Shown here: positions 54,841 to 64,000 of the stretch, one piece after another | Layout: each line of letters starts with the position of its first letter | Position numbering within the stretch: position 1 is the first letter of the stretch | NCBI GenBank assembly: GCA_038245295.1 | Contig: JBBRSP010000004.1 | Coordinates: 192,001-256,000 of the forward strand | Length of the DNA stretch: 64,000 nt | Source of the DNA: Candidatus Binatia bacterium | GTDB lineage: Bacteria; Desulfobacterota; Binatia; HRBIN30 | Direction of reading: 5' to 3' | Notes under the pieces: generated by a model | What the model saw: only the letters and a program-made list of their open reading frames with translations | Told to the model about the DNA's origin: nothing | The model's database searches: none | Position numbers and translations under genes: made by a program

Positions 54841-57147
54841 ATGCGGCAATCGCGGTCCGGGTTACTCGTCTGTCTTTTGCTCGGCGGAGTCATCGCGTCG
54901 GCGGCGGCGCGCCCGGCCGCCGCCGATCCGACCATCTGTAAGACCGCCATCACCAGCGCCACCTCGACCTTTCTCAAAGCTCGCGCCGCCGCCTTGATGC
55001 GCTGCCATACCAAAGTCGTGAAGGGGTCGTTGCCCGCCAACACCGACTGCAACACCGAGACAAAGACCGCGCTGGCTCTGGCCAACGTCGAGATCAAACT
55101 GCGCGCCAAGATCGCCAAGAGCTGCGGCGGTGCCGACAAGCTTTGCAGCACCACGGGCGATAACGACAGCCTTGCCTCGATTGGTTGGGACATCGGCACC
55201 TGCCCGACTCTGGTCGGCAGCTCGTGCGCCAACCCGATCACCAACTGTGATGACGTCGGCACCTGCCTGGCGTGCAACCTCGCCGCCGGCACCGATGCGG
55301 CCGCGGCGCTCTACTACGATGACATCGTGCTCGGCAGCCCGGCCAGCTCGGCCCTGCAAAAATGTCAGACCGCCATCGGTCAGCAGTCGACCATCTTCTT
55401 GAGCAACAAGGTCAAAGCGCTGTCGACCTGCTGGACCAAGGTGAACAAGGGACAAATCACCGGCCCATGCCCCGACCCGGGTGACGGCAAGACGGCAACC
55501 AAGATCGCCCTGGCGCGCGTCAAGCTGACGTCGAAATTGTGCTCCAGTTGCGGCGGTGCCACCAAACTCTGCGGCGGCCTCGATGACCTGTCGCCGACGC
55601 AAATCGGCTTCAGCCCGATCTGCCCGTCCGTGCGCATTCCCGGTGGCACGGCGTGTGGCGGCTCAATTACGTCGTTGCAGGACCTGCTCGACTGCGTCGA
55701 TTGCGTGACATCCTTCCACGGCGACTGTTCGAGCGCCTTGTCGGTGCCGTGGAATGCTCCCTATCCGAGCGAGTGCAAACCGGCGGCAACGCCGACGACA
55801 ACCGCAACACCAACGAACACAGCCACAGTGACGTCAACGCCGCTGCCATCCGACACGCCAACGATCACCAATACACCGACGCAAACGGTGACCAGTACTC
55901 CGAGTGTGACCAGCACGGCCACGAACACGCGTACACCGACGATCACGCGCACGCCGACACCAACACCCTCGGTGACGCGCACGCCGACCGTGACGCGCAC
56001 GGCAACGCCAACTCAGACAGCAACCGCGACCAGCACCGATACTCCGACGATCACCGCGACACCGACCGACACGCCAAGCGCCACGCCTACGCCAATCGCC
56101 AGCGACACCCCGGTGAGTACCGACACACCGACAAGAACCGCCACTCGCACGCAGACGCCGACCGCGACTCCGAGCGATACTCCTACGTCAACCGCAACGC
56201 CGACCAACACACCAACGTCGACGCCCACGTCGACCCAGACGTCGACACCGACCATCACCGACACACCGACGGCAACGGGAACGCCGAGCATTACCCCAAC
56301 ACAAACACCCATCCACCGCGTGTGTAACTTCCGCAGCGGCAGTCAGTTCTTCATGCAGGGGAAATCGCTCAGCCTGTCGGCCAATATCACCGGGTTCCAG
56401 ACCTGGGACTTCGTGCCGTCCGGAAACACGCGGGTCGTGTCGGTTCCGAAGGTTGGTGCCCACTTTGACGAAGCGGTGATCAGCGGCGTCGGCAAGGTCT
56501 GCATGCGACTCGCCTCCGACGGCGACGGTGTCATGGATTGCGCCGGCACCATGTCGCCTTACAACGGCACCGCCGAGATGGATCACAACACGACATCGGC
56601 ACCACCCCCCGGGTTTGCGCAGGATCCGACCTGTACTCAGAGCGTAACCTTCCCGAACGGCGCCGTTAGCGCCGCTCTCCTCGAGGATGGCACGACGAAC
56701 CATCCGCATACCGGAGTGTGCAACAGCCCGCTGCACGTGACCCAGGGTGGTACGTTCGCGGTCGGGGGAATGCAGCTGAATGTGCCTCTCTATATCCGGT
56801 TCGTCGACAGCATGACGGCTTGTCCCGCCGACGACGCGCCTCTGGACGCGGCACTCGACCTGCCGGCGACGGCCGGGTTGAGCACCGGCACGACAAAGAC
56901 GGTCATCTACAACCTCAACAACGACAGCAGCGCGACAATGGGAACCACGGGCTCGGGTAACGGGCCGAGTATCTGCGGTCTGTTTGGATTCTCGGCCTGC
57001 ACGACGCAGGTGGTCGGCTCACCGTTCGGCTGCACCAACATCGACAACAACAACTTGAGCGCCGGCAAACTGGGAATCTCCTTCCCGGCGCTCGACATTG
57101 CGACGATCAACGACACGATCGTGACGATGGCATTGCAATGTAACTAG
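54841..57147 (+). CDS. Large secreted Cys-rich protein: duplicated Cys-rich domain, Thr/Pro linker, C-terminal beta-rich domain
   Basis: AGGAG RBS and signal peptide. Two ~140-aa repeats (CKTAI../CQTAI..; [20 protein letters not shown]). About 175-aa TPT linker at ~55780-56310. Confidence 0.85.
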   Translation: MRQSRSGLLVCLLLGGVIASAAARPAAADPTICKTAITSATSTFLKARAAALMRCHTKVVKGSLPANTDCNTETKTALALANVEIKLRAKIAKSCGGADKLCSTTGDNDSLASIGWDIGTCPTLVGSSCANPITNCDDVGTCLACNLAAGTDAAAALYYDDIVLGSPASSALQKCQTAIGQQSTIFLSNKVKALSTCWTKVNKGQITGPCPDPGDGKTATKIALARVKLTSKLCSSCGGATKLCGGLDDLSPTQIGFSPICPSVRIPGGTACGGSITSLQDLLDCVDCVTSFHGDCSSALSVPWNAPYPSECKPAATPTTTATPTNTATVTSTPLPSDTPTITNTPTQTVTSTPSVTSTATNTRTPTITRTPTPTPSVTRTPTVTRTATPTQTATATSTDTPTITATPTDTPSATPTPIASDTPVSTDTPTRTATRTQTPTATPSDTPTSTATPTNTPTSTPTSTQTSTPTITDTPTATGTPSITPTQTPIHRVCNFRSGSQFFMQGKSLSLSANITGFQTWDFVPSGNTRVVSVPKVGAHFDEAVISGVGKVCMRLASDGDGVMDCAGTMSPYNGTAEMDHNTTSAPPPGFAQDPTCTQSVTFPNGAVSAALLEDGTTNHPHTGVCNSPLHVTQGGTFAVGGMQLNVPLYIRFVDSMTACPADDAPLDAALDLPATAGLSTGTTKTVIYNLNNDSSATMGTTGSGNGPSICGLFGFSACTTQVVGSPFGCTNIDNNNLSAGKLGISFPALDIATINDTIVTMALQCN

Positions 57148-57180
57148 GTTACCGGTGGTGCCGCGTTCTGTCGCTGCTCG

Positions 57181-57207
57181 GTAGGGGCGGTTCGGGAACC
57201 GCCCCTA
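57181..57207. repeat. REP-like family B palindrome, possibly a terminator between convergent genes
   Basis: TAGGGGCGGTTC-GG-GAACCGCCCCTA perfect 12-bp stem, supplying the stop codon of the 57205 gene. Confidence 0.75.
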
Positions 57208-58899
57208 TCGAGCAACTTCAAAGCCGCCGCTGAGTTCACCGGGGCGGCGCAGTTTGAGGTTCGGCTCTGGATGCGGCGCACACGGCAGCGGTGTCGAAAA
57301 GCACGACTCGATATTGCGCGGCACGTTTACCGTCAGGCCGCTCGCCAACTCTCGCGCATCGAAAACGACGGTCGGCGCCTGGATGAACTCCTTGTAGCCA
57401 GGCCACGGATAGGGGCCGCCGACCAGCAGCCAGACACTCATCGCCACCGCACCGACAACCGACACCAGGCGCCCGAGTCGCGTCTCACGCAACCAACCAC
57501 CGCAGCAAAGCAGCGTCAGGCTGATGCCCACGAGCCACATGGTCGCCCCGGCGTAACGCGGCACCGGCGTCAGAAGCCAGGCGAAGACGAGCGAAACGAG
57601 CGGCGGAACGGCAATCCAAAAGGGCAGCCGAGAGCGGCTAGGCCGTCCCGTCAGCCAGCGCAGACCAGCGAGCAGAGGGGTCAGACAAAGGGCTGCCCCA
57701 CCAACGGCCAACGGCAGTGCGACGTCAGGAGCCATCCAGCCGAACGATTGCAGACGCTGCCACACCCACCATGGCTGCTCCCAGAACAGACGCACGGGCC
57801 CAACTTGCATCGTATCCTGGATCCACTTCTGCACGTCGAGGTTGACTCGCCACGGAACATCGAGAGCGCCGGCCGCACTGGGGAAGAACGGGCAGCCACT
57901 CATCAGCAGATTACCAACCACCCATGGAACGAACAGCAACACGGCGATGAGTGTCGCCGCAGACGCCGGGCGCAAGAACTCGCGCAGCGCCGGTCGCTCT
58001 CGCCAGTACCAGCCAAGCGGCGCCACGATGAGCAGCGCTGCGGTCATCCCGGCAAACGCCAGCTTGACGGTCCACCCGGCCAGCGCAAACAGGACAAGGG
58101 CCAGCAGATGAAATCGGGCGTCGCAGCCGCGGCGACTCGCCAGCTCGATCAGACTGCCGAACAACGCCGCGCCGACCACGAATACGCCAACGTCAGGCGA
58201 CGGCGTGGTGAAGAAGATGCTGGCGGAGAGCGCCAGAAGGCCGGGGATGAGCAAGAGGTAATACAAGTCGTTCCAGCCGACGCGACGGGTCGGCCACAGC
58301 ACCCGCCAGAGCCCCAGGGCGCCGCGACCAAGCAGCCCCATGATCAAGAGAGAGTTGAGAATATGATACGAACGCTGCGCGAACGGTCCGAGCGATGCCG
58401 CCGCGGCATACAGAAAATAGGACTGGTTGTAGGCGTACGGAGCGTAGAGGTTGCCCAGCCCTACAACGATCGGATAACGCGCCATCCACAAGATCGTCGG
58501 CAGGTAATAGCCACCGGCGTCGCCATGACGCGGCCCTTCGAGAGCGAGTTGCGATAACCAGAGGGCCGCCACCACCCCAAGCAGCAGCGCCGGGAGGTTG
58601 TAGGGGAGTCGGTGCGCCAGGCGCAGCCATAGCCGCCAATCGACCAGCGTCAGACCGGCGACACCCACGCCGATGGCGAACACTCCGGCACGTGTATCGA
58701 CCGGCAGGAACAGGTGCCAGATCTGCAAAACGCCGAGCAGCACCGCCCAGCCTTCGAACAGAGCGGCGAAGCAATCGTCGATGCGGCGGGTGCGATAGCC
58801 ACACAGCTGGCGAAACAGGCTACCCCAACCGACCAGAACGGCGGCCCCCAGAACGAAGGCCGCCAGCACTTGTTGCTGCGCGAGTGGCAGAAGTTTCAT
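57205..58899 (-). CDS. Polytopic membrane protein (LIC_10190-like; possible GT-C fold)
   Basis: About 13-14 TM segments. DAGGYYLP..W..YP.V.GLGNL..AYN loop, SPD, SGCPFFP, C-terminal C...LPC.P...LRR....GF. Confidence 0.65.
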   Translation of the reverse strand: MKLLPLAQQQVLAAFVLGAAVLVGWGSLFRQLCGYRTRRIDDCFAALFEGWAVLLGVLQIWHLFLPVDTRAGVFAIGVGVAGLTLVDWRLWLRLAHRLPYNLPALLLGVVAALWLSQLALEGPRHGDAGGYYLPTILWMARYPIVVGLGNLYAPYAYNQSYFLYAAAASLGPFAQRSYHILNSLLIMGLLGRGALGLWRVLWPTRRVGWNDLYYLLLIPGLLALSASIFFTTPSPDVGVFVVGAALFGSLIELASRRGCDARFHLLALVLFALAGWTVKLAFAGMTAALLIVAPLGWYWRERPALREFLRPASAATLIAVLLFVPWVVGNLLMSGCPFFPSAAGALDVPWRVNLDVQKWIQDTMQVGPVRLFWEQPWWVWQRLQSFGWMAPDVALPLAVGGAALCLTPLLAGLRWLTGRPSRSRLPFWIAVPPLVSLVFAWLLTPVPRYAGATMWLVGISLTLLCCGGWLRETRLGRLVSVVGAVAMSVWLLVGGPYPWPGYKEFIQAPTVVFDARELASGLTVNVPRNIESCFSTPLPCAPHPEPNLKLRRPGELSGGFEVAR

Positions 58900-58908
58900 G
58901 CTACCGAA

Positions 58909-59928
58909 TCAGCCGAGAACGATCTCCGCGAAGTTGCGCACCAGGGTCATGTCGTGACTCATCATCAACAACATGCTGACCGGCGTCGACTCCCACGCTT
59001 TGAGGCGCTCGCGAATACGATCGACAGGTCCGACCAGCGAGATCTCATCGGCAAATTGGTCCGGCACCGCGGCGATGGCTTCGTCGCGTTTGTTCTCGAA
59101 GAACAGTTGCTGGATCTTCTCGGCTTCGGCCTCAAAGCCCATGCGCGACATCAACTCTTTGTGGAAGTTGCGCTTCTTGGCACCCATGCCACCAATATAG
59201 AAGCCGAGCATGCCTTTGACCGGGAGCAACGCCGTCTCGACGTCGTCACTGATGCTGACGAAGACACTGGCAGCGATCTCGAAGCCCGGCTTGGCGCCTT
59301 TCAGCTGGTCGGCATACACCTCGGGACGATAGGGCGAGTAGTAGAGCGGCAACCAACCGTCGCAAATCTCAGCGGCCAGGGTGACGTTCTTCGGTCCTTC
59401 CGCCCCGAGCCAGATGGGCAGGTCGGGACGGCGCGGATGCGTGATCGAGCGTAGAGGCTTGCCAAGTCCCCACGAGCCTTCGCCCTGATACGGCAAGGGG
59501 TAATGCGGTCCGGGGTTCGACACCGGGGCTTCGCGACGCAGCACCTGACGAACGATGTCGACATACTCGCGCGTGCGCGCCAGCGGCTTGGAAAAAGGCT
59601 GGCCATACCAGCCTTCGACGACCTGCGGCCCGGACACGCCAAGCCCGAGAACCATGCGCCCCTGCGATAGGTGGTCGAGCGTCAACGCCGCCATGGCCGT
59701 GGCCGTCGGCGTGCGCGCCGATAACTGGGCGATCGAGGTACCCAGGCGGATCTTCGAGGTGTGGGCGCCGATCCAACTCAGCGGCGTGAAGGCATCCGAG
59801 CCCCAGGCTTCCGCCGTAAAGATCGCATCGAAGCCGAGGCGTTCGGCCTCTTTGGCGATGCCGACGATATCGTCCGGTGGATTGGCGCCCCAGTAGCCCG
59901 TCTGTAGACCAAGTTTCAGTTTTCCCAT
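58909..59928 (-). CDS. LLM class F420-dependent oxidoreductase (Rv3520c-like)
   Basis: AEAWGSDA, LDHLSQGR..LGLGVSGPQVVEGWYG, GAEGPKNV, YIGGMGA..NFH. Confidence 0.9.
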   Translation of the reverse strand: MGKLKLGLQTGYWGANPPDDIVGIAKEAERLGFDAIFTAEAWGSDAFTPLSWIGAHTSKIRLGTSIAQLSARTPTATAMAALTLDHLSQGRMVLGLGVSGPQVVEGWYGQPFSKPLARTREYVDIVRQVLRREAPVSNPGPHYPLPYQGEGSWGLGKPLRSITHPRRPDLPIWLGAEGPKNVTLAAEICDGWLPLYYSPYRPEVYADQLKGAKPGFEIAASVFVSISDDVETALLPVKGMLGFYIGGMGAKKRNFHKELMSRMGFEAEAEKIQQLFFENKRDEAIAAVPDQFADEISLVGPVDRIRERLKAWESTPVSMLLMMSHDMTLVRNFAEIVLG

Positions 59929-59975
59929 GGCGGGGGAACTAACATATAGAAATGCGTCGTCCTATATGAGGAGCC

Positions 59976-60827
59976 ATGGAAACGGTGCCGCCCCAAATTG
60001 TCGATGCGACGTCCTACGCGACGCCTTTTTTCATCGCCGCGATCTTCTGGGAACGTCACCGTTTGAAGCAGCAACAGAGCGCCGGACGTGAGGTGCGCGG
60101 CTATGAACGCCGCGATGCGTGGACAAGCATCTTCGCCGGATTGCTGTCGACCATCTGCTGGATACCGATCAACTACGTTCTCTATCGCCTCGCCTACTTC
60201 CTGTGGTCGTTCCGCGTCGTCGACCTCGGTACCGGCGCGTTGGGCTGGAGCGCGGCACTCATCGGCTGGGACTTCGCCTTCTATTGGTTTCACCGCAGCG
60301 AGCACGAAGTACGGCTGCTGTGGGCCGGTCACGTGACGCACCACTCCAGCGAGTACTACAACTTGTCGACGGCGCTGCGGCAGTCGTGGACGCCGTGGGC
60401 GACTCCCCTCTTCCACGCGCCGCTGGCACTGCTCGGCATTCGCCCCGAGCTCATCCTCATGTCGGGCGGCATCAACCTCGTCTACCAATTCTGGATCCAC
60501 ACGGAAGCGATCGACAAGTTGCCACGCTGGATCGAATTGATCTTCAATACCCCGTCACACCACCGCGTCCATCACGGCTCAAACCGGCAGTACCTCGACC
60601 GCAACCATGCCGGCGTCCTGATCATCTGGGATCGCCTGTTCGGCACCTTCGAGGCGGAAGGCGAGCGCGTGTGTTACGGCCTCACGAAGAACGTCCATTC
60701 GTTCAACCCACTCTGGGTGCAATTTCACGAGTACACTCAGATCGCCCGCGATGCCTGGGCGGCGCCGACATTGGCCGAGCGGCTCGGATTCATTCTGCGC
60801 AACCCGGGCTGGACTCCACGCCCCTAG
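59976..60827 (+). CDS. Sterol desaturase family protein (alkylglycerol monooxygenase-like)
   Basis: YWFHRSEH, WAGHVTHHSSE..NLSTALRQ, YQFWIHT, NTPSHHRVHHG, IWDRLFGTF. GAGGAG RBS. Confidence 0.92.
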   Translation: METVPPQIVDATSYATPFFIAAIFWERHRLKQQQSAGREVRGYERRDAWTSIFAGLLSTICWIPINYVLYRLAYFLWSFRVVDLGTGALGWSAALIGWDFAFYWFHRSEHEVRLLWAGHVTHHSSEYYNLSTALRQSWTPWATPLFHAPLALLGIRPELILMSGGINLVYQFWIHTEAIDKLPRWIELIFNTPSHHRVHHGSNRQYLDRNHAGVLIIWDRLFGTFEAEGERVCYGLTKNVHSFNPLWVQFHEYTQIARDAWAAPTLAERLGFILRNPGWTPRP

Positions 60828-60902
60828 CACCCCAAGGGTTAACGCCTTCCTTGCCAAAGGTTTCTGTGCGCGCCTATACGATCGCCGGGGAGAACACTAC
60901 AC

Positions 60903-62012
60903 ATGCACTCGATCCAAAGACTCGTCGCCGCCATCGCCGTCTTCACCTTCGGGGGCCTAGCGGCGCACGCCGACCAGCAGGAGATCCCACCCTTGCACGG
61001 GCAGCAGAACAGCACCGTCATCAGCACCGGTGCGAACGGCCTGTGTGAGACCACCGCTGCCGTCGGCGACGTGCAGAAAGCAACCATTGGTCAGGGGACA
61101 CCGAACCGTAACGAAGTCCGCTGCGGCACGAACAAAGTAGTCGACTCGACTGCCGCCGGAGACGACGTGCAATTGATTGCCGTCGGCGCCACCTGTGCCG
61201 GCGCCAACAACGTCGCCATCGACACGGGTCCCAACGGCATTGCCGAAAGCGCACTCGTCAGCGACGACACCTATCCGTCGGGGATCACGTTCGGGCTGCC
61301 GCCGTCGAACACCGCCTGCGTCATCGCCGGCGAGGACGGCGTCGCGCAAACCCTCGCCCCGACCGGCGACGACACGCAGCTGATTGTGCCGGGAGTTGCC
61401 GAGGCCAATACCGGTGCCATCCTGTGCGGACCAAACCTCAAAGTCGATACAACAGCCAACAACGTCGCTGCCGGTGACGATGTGCAACTCGTCGCGGTCG
61501 GGGCGGCGTGTACCGCGAACCAGGTCGTCGTCGACAGCGGCGCCGATGGAATCGCCACGACGCGGGCCGAAGGACCAGACCTGTTGATCGATGCGGTACG
61601 CCGCCAGTCGATCCGCATCTCGAAGGGCAAGACCCAAGCCAGCAAGATCGTGAAGGTAAAGATCACCAACCTCGAGTTCGGCGCCTCGGCACCCGCCACG
61701 CGCGCCTTCAAGATCACCGTTTCTGGGAGCACTTGCCCGAACGGTACGACGGCTCAGATCGATGCCGACGCGGTGACGCCCGGCCTCCAGGCCACCGCCA
61801 ACGTGCCTCTCGGATCCGCCGTAAAGGCGAGTCTGGCCATGACAGTGAAGCTCGAAGACATCACCTCGACCTCGTCACGCCTGCCGTTCCGCTGCTCGTT
61901 CGATGTCAACGCGGTCGCCATGGACACCAATCCGAGCTTCGACGACGCGGCAAACCCGGCGAACAACACGGCCACGGTTGTCCTCGAGGTGGTTGATCGA
62001 AACGATTTGTAG
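60903..62012 (+). CDS. Secreted repeat protein with C-terminal Ig-like (CARDB/DUF11-like) domain
   Basis: Signal peptide (AAHA), six GxNG/DG...GDDxQ repeats, and C-terminal PDL...ITN.....DxxNPANN. Confidence 0.75.
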   Translation: MHSIQRLVAAIAVFTFGGLAAHADQQEIPPLHGQQNSTVISTGANGLCETTAAVGDVQKATIGQGTPNRNEVRCGTNKVVDSTAAGDDVQLIAVGATCAGANNVAIDTGPNGIAESALVSDDTYPSGITFGLPPSNTACVIAGEDGVAQTLAPTGDDTQLIVPGVAEANTGAILCGPNLKVDTTANNVAAGDDVQLVAVGAACTANQVVVDSGADGIATTRAEGPDLLIDAVRRQSIRISKGKTQASKIVKVKITNLEFGASAPATRAFKITVSGSTCPNGTTAQIDADAVTPGLQATANVPLGSAVKASLAMTVKLEDITSTSSRLPFRCSFDVNAVAMDTNPSFDDAANPANNTATVVLEVVDRNDL

Positions 62013-62118
62013 AATGATCTCCTCTCGACATTCGAGTGTTTTTGGCTAAAACGACGGCTCAATCGTGTCGCGTGCCCGCGTTGGCAGGCCACACACAATG
62101 CCAACTCAGGGAGCGAAT

Positions 62119-62334
62119 ATGGCTAAAGACGATCTGTTGCAGATTCCAGGCAAGGTTACCGAAATGATGGCGGGCGGCTATTTCCGCATCGCCGGGGATA
62201 ATGGACGCCAATTTGTGGCGAAGATCAGCGGGCGTTTGCGTCGCTTCCACATCAAGGTGATCCCGGGCGATCATGTCACCATCGCCGTTTCACCGTACGA
62301 TCCGACCCACGGCTTCATCGTCCACCGCGGCTAA
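62119..62334 (+). CDS. infA: Translation initiation factor IF-1
   Basis: MAKDD.L..PGKVTE..., AKISGRLRRFHIKVIPGD.V....SPYD...G.I..R; 71 aa; GGGAG RBS. Confidence 0.95.
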   Translation: MAKDDLLQIPGKVTEMMAGGYFRIAGDNGRQFVAKISGRLRRFHIKVIPGDHVTIAVSPYDPTHGFIVHRG

Positions 62335-62484
62335 CTCCCGCGCCCCACTCCCTCCGCTTCTTCTGCAAGTCGCGTTGATCGGCGCGCGGCCATAGGGCCG
62401 CGCACGCGCGCATTCGTGCGCCGTCGTTGAGAACATCCGCGGCGCTCTTGCCAAGACCGCCGCGAGATGGAATGCACCGCCGGC

Positions 62485-63900
62485 ATGGCAAAGGCAGAAA
62501 TTTGTGAGACCGCTCTTCAGGCAATCGCCGGCATCAGCGACGGCGCCTCCATCCTAGTTCATAGCTTCGGGCCGCCACAGGCGTGGCCCACCGACTGCCT
62601 GCTGGCGCTGGCGGAGCGCGGGGTCAAAGACCTGACGATCATCTGCAACACCCCCGCCGGCGGCCCTACCTCGCTCAACATCCTCGCCCCCAAGAAACAG
62701 ATCAAGAAGTTGATCTGCAGCTACGTCGGCTCACCATCGATGCCGAGCGAGCTCAGCGAAATGGTAAAGGCCGGCGAAATCGAGCTCGAGATGGTGCCGC
62801 AGGGTACACTGATCGAACGTGTGCGCGCCGGTGGTGCCGGGCTGGCGGGATTCTACACCCCGACCGGTGTCGGCACCGCGATGGCCAACGGCAAGGAAGA
62901 GCGCATCTTCGACGGTAAGCGGTATCTCTTCGAACGCGCCATCACCGCCGACTATGCCTTCCTGCAAGCGTACCAGGCCGACCCGATGGGTAACCTCACC
63001 TACCGCCGCGGCATGCGCAACTTTGCACCGGCCTTCGCCACCGCGGCAAAGACGACAATTGCCGAAGTGAAGGAGATCGTCGGCCTCGGCGACATCGATC
63101 CGGAAGCGGTCGTAACGCCGGGGGTGTTCGTCGATCGAATCGTCAAGACAACGACCCATCTCGACATCGGCGTCCTGCGGCAGATTCTCCTGATGATCGG
63201 CCGCACGACAGCCTCCGAGGGCCGCTCGACCGGCGACGGTGGACCGGTGGGAATTCCGCCCGACCTGATGGCCATGAAGGCCGCGGCGCTGCTGCGCCCG
63301 GGTGAATACGTCAACCTGGGCATCGGCTTACCGACTCAGGTCTCCAACTTCATCGAAGGGCGTGACGTCACGCTGCACTCGGAAAATGGCATTCTCGGCT
63401 ACGGCGGCTTCCCCGCCGAGGGCGACGAAGATATCGACCTCTACAACGCCAGCGGTCAGCTGGTGACGGCCACCCCCGGCACCTCCTACTTCGACTCGTC
63501 GGTGTCGTTCGCCATGGCACGTAACGGTCGGGTCTCGACCATCATTCTCGGCGCCTTCCAGGTGGCGCAGAATGGCGACCTCGCCAACTGGAGCACCCCG
63601 GCCGGCAGCGGCGGCATCGGCGGCGCCATGGATCTGGCCGCCGGCGGTGGACGTCTCATCGCGCTCTGCTTTCACTGCGAGAAAAACGGCACCTCCAAAC
63701 TGGTGGAGAAACTGACCTACCCAGCGACCGCTCTCGGTTGCGTCAAGTCGGTGATCACCGATCTCGCCTGGATCGACATCGAGGAAGGCCAGTTCATTCT
63801 GCGCGAGGTTGCGCCAGGCGTGAGTGTTGAGGACGTCAAGAGACTCACGGCCGCGCCGTTGCGCGTCGCCGCCGATGTGCGCGAGATGGAGTTCGCCTAG
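62485..63900 (+). CDS. Family I 3-oxoacid CoA-transferase, fused A+B subunits
   Basis: PQGTLIERVRAGGAG..GFYTPTGVGT (A subunit). VNLGIGLPT, SENG catalytic Glu, GDLANW and GGAMDL (B subunit). Confidence 0.92.
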   Translation: MAKAEICETALQAIAGISDGASILVHSFGPPQAWPTDCLLALAERGVKDLTIICNTPAGGPTSLNILAPKKQIKKLICSYVGSPSMPSELSEMVKAGEIELEMVPQGTLIERVRAGGAGLAGFYTPTGVGTAMANGKEERIFDGKRYLFERAITADYAFLQAYQADPMGNLTYRRGMRNFAPAFATAAKTTIAEVKEIVGLGDIDPEAVVTPGVFVDRIVKTTTHLDIGVLRQILLMIGRTTASEGRSTGDGGPVGIPPDLMAMKAAALLRPGEYVNLGIGLPTQVSNFIEGRDVTLHSENGILGYGGFPAEGDEDIDLYNASGQLVTATPGTSYFDSSVSFAMARNGRVSTIILGAFQVAQNGDLANWSTPAGSGGIGGAMDLAAGGGRLIALCFHCEKNGTSKLVEKLTYPATALGCVKSVITDLAWIDIEEGQFILREVAPGVSVEDVKRLTAAPLRVAADVREMEFA

Positions 63901-63903
63901 CCC

Positions 63904-64000
63904 TTGCCCGATCCTCAGAAGCCCGTCCCAACACGTGCCCTGCGGAGCCGCCTCCTGCGTTGGTATGACGCCGAAGTGCGGCCGCTGCCGTGGCGGCGTG
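63904..64000 (+). CDS. mutY: Probable A/G-specific adenine glycosylase, 3'-truncated
   Basis: TTG start 3 nt after the upstream stop; translation ..LLRWYDAEVRPLPWRR matches the MutY N-terminus. Confidence 0.7.
   Translation, partial: MPDPQKPVPTRALRSRLLRWYDAEVRPLPWRR

Noticed and set aside
55780..56310. Non-coding tandem repeat or repeat element
   Set aside because: Explained by an in-frame Thr/Pro linker with varied codons; the opposite-strand Val/Gly ORFs are shadows.
1..64000. tRNA, rRNA, riboswitch, prophage or autonomous IS
   Set aside because: No cloverleaf, rRNA-like stretch, recognisable aptamer, phage gene or transposase was detected by eye. An Infernal/Rfam scan would be needed to exclude small RNAs.

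Overview
GC-rich, densely coding bacterial chromosomal window with about 47 CDS. I found no rRNA, tRNA, CRISPR array, transposase, integrase or phage gene. Gene content (Cys-flanked dockerin-like modules, a Thr/Pro-linker secreted Cys-rich protein, an F420-type LLM oxidoreductase, diderm tripartite RND pumps) suggests a Binatia/deltaproteobacteria-like diderm; this is inference only. Main blocks: GT4, S1/P1 nuclease, GH127, radical SAM; a czcCBA-like metal efflux operon with a two-component system; a four-helix-bundle gene; a GNAT-cNMP protein; a heparinase-II/III-like secreted enzyme; ilvA; RNB and LOG; PTS Enzyme I with a GNAT/acyl-CoA-ligase fusion; AMACR; a class III cyclase; DUF3604; an HAE1 RND operon with an AAA-TPR regulator; lipid-metabolism genes; infA; a fused CoA transferase; the start of mutY. 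The most unusual signals are in the DNA. (1) A four-helix-bundle gene is bracketed by mutually inverted 9-bp GTGGACnnn tandem arrays, with a third array inside the CDS, and gene-less hexamer arrays occur elsewhere. (2) A nested MITE-like element with 10-bp terminal inverted repeats and a 5-bp flanking duplication sits in the loop of the same hairpin family it carries. (3) An unannotated 28-aa lipobox peptide lies directly upstream of the GNAT-cNMP acyltransferase.
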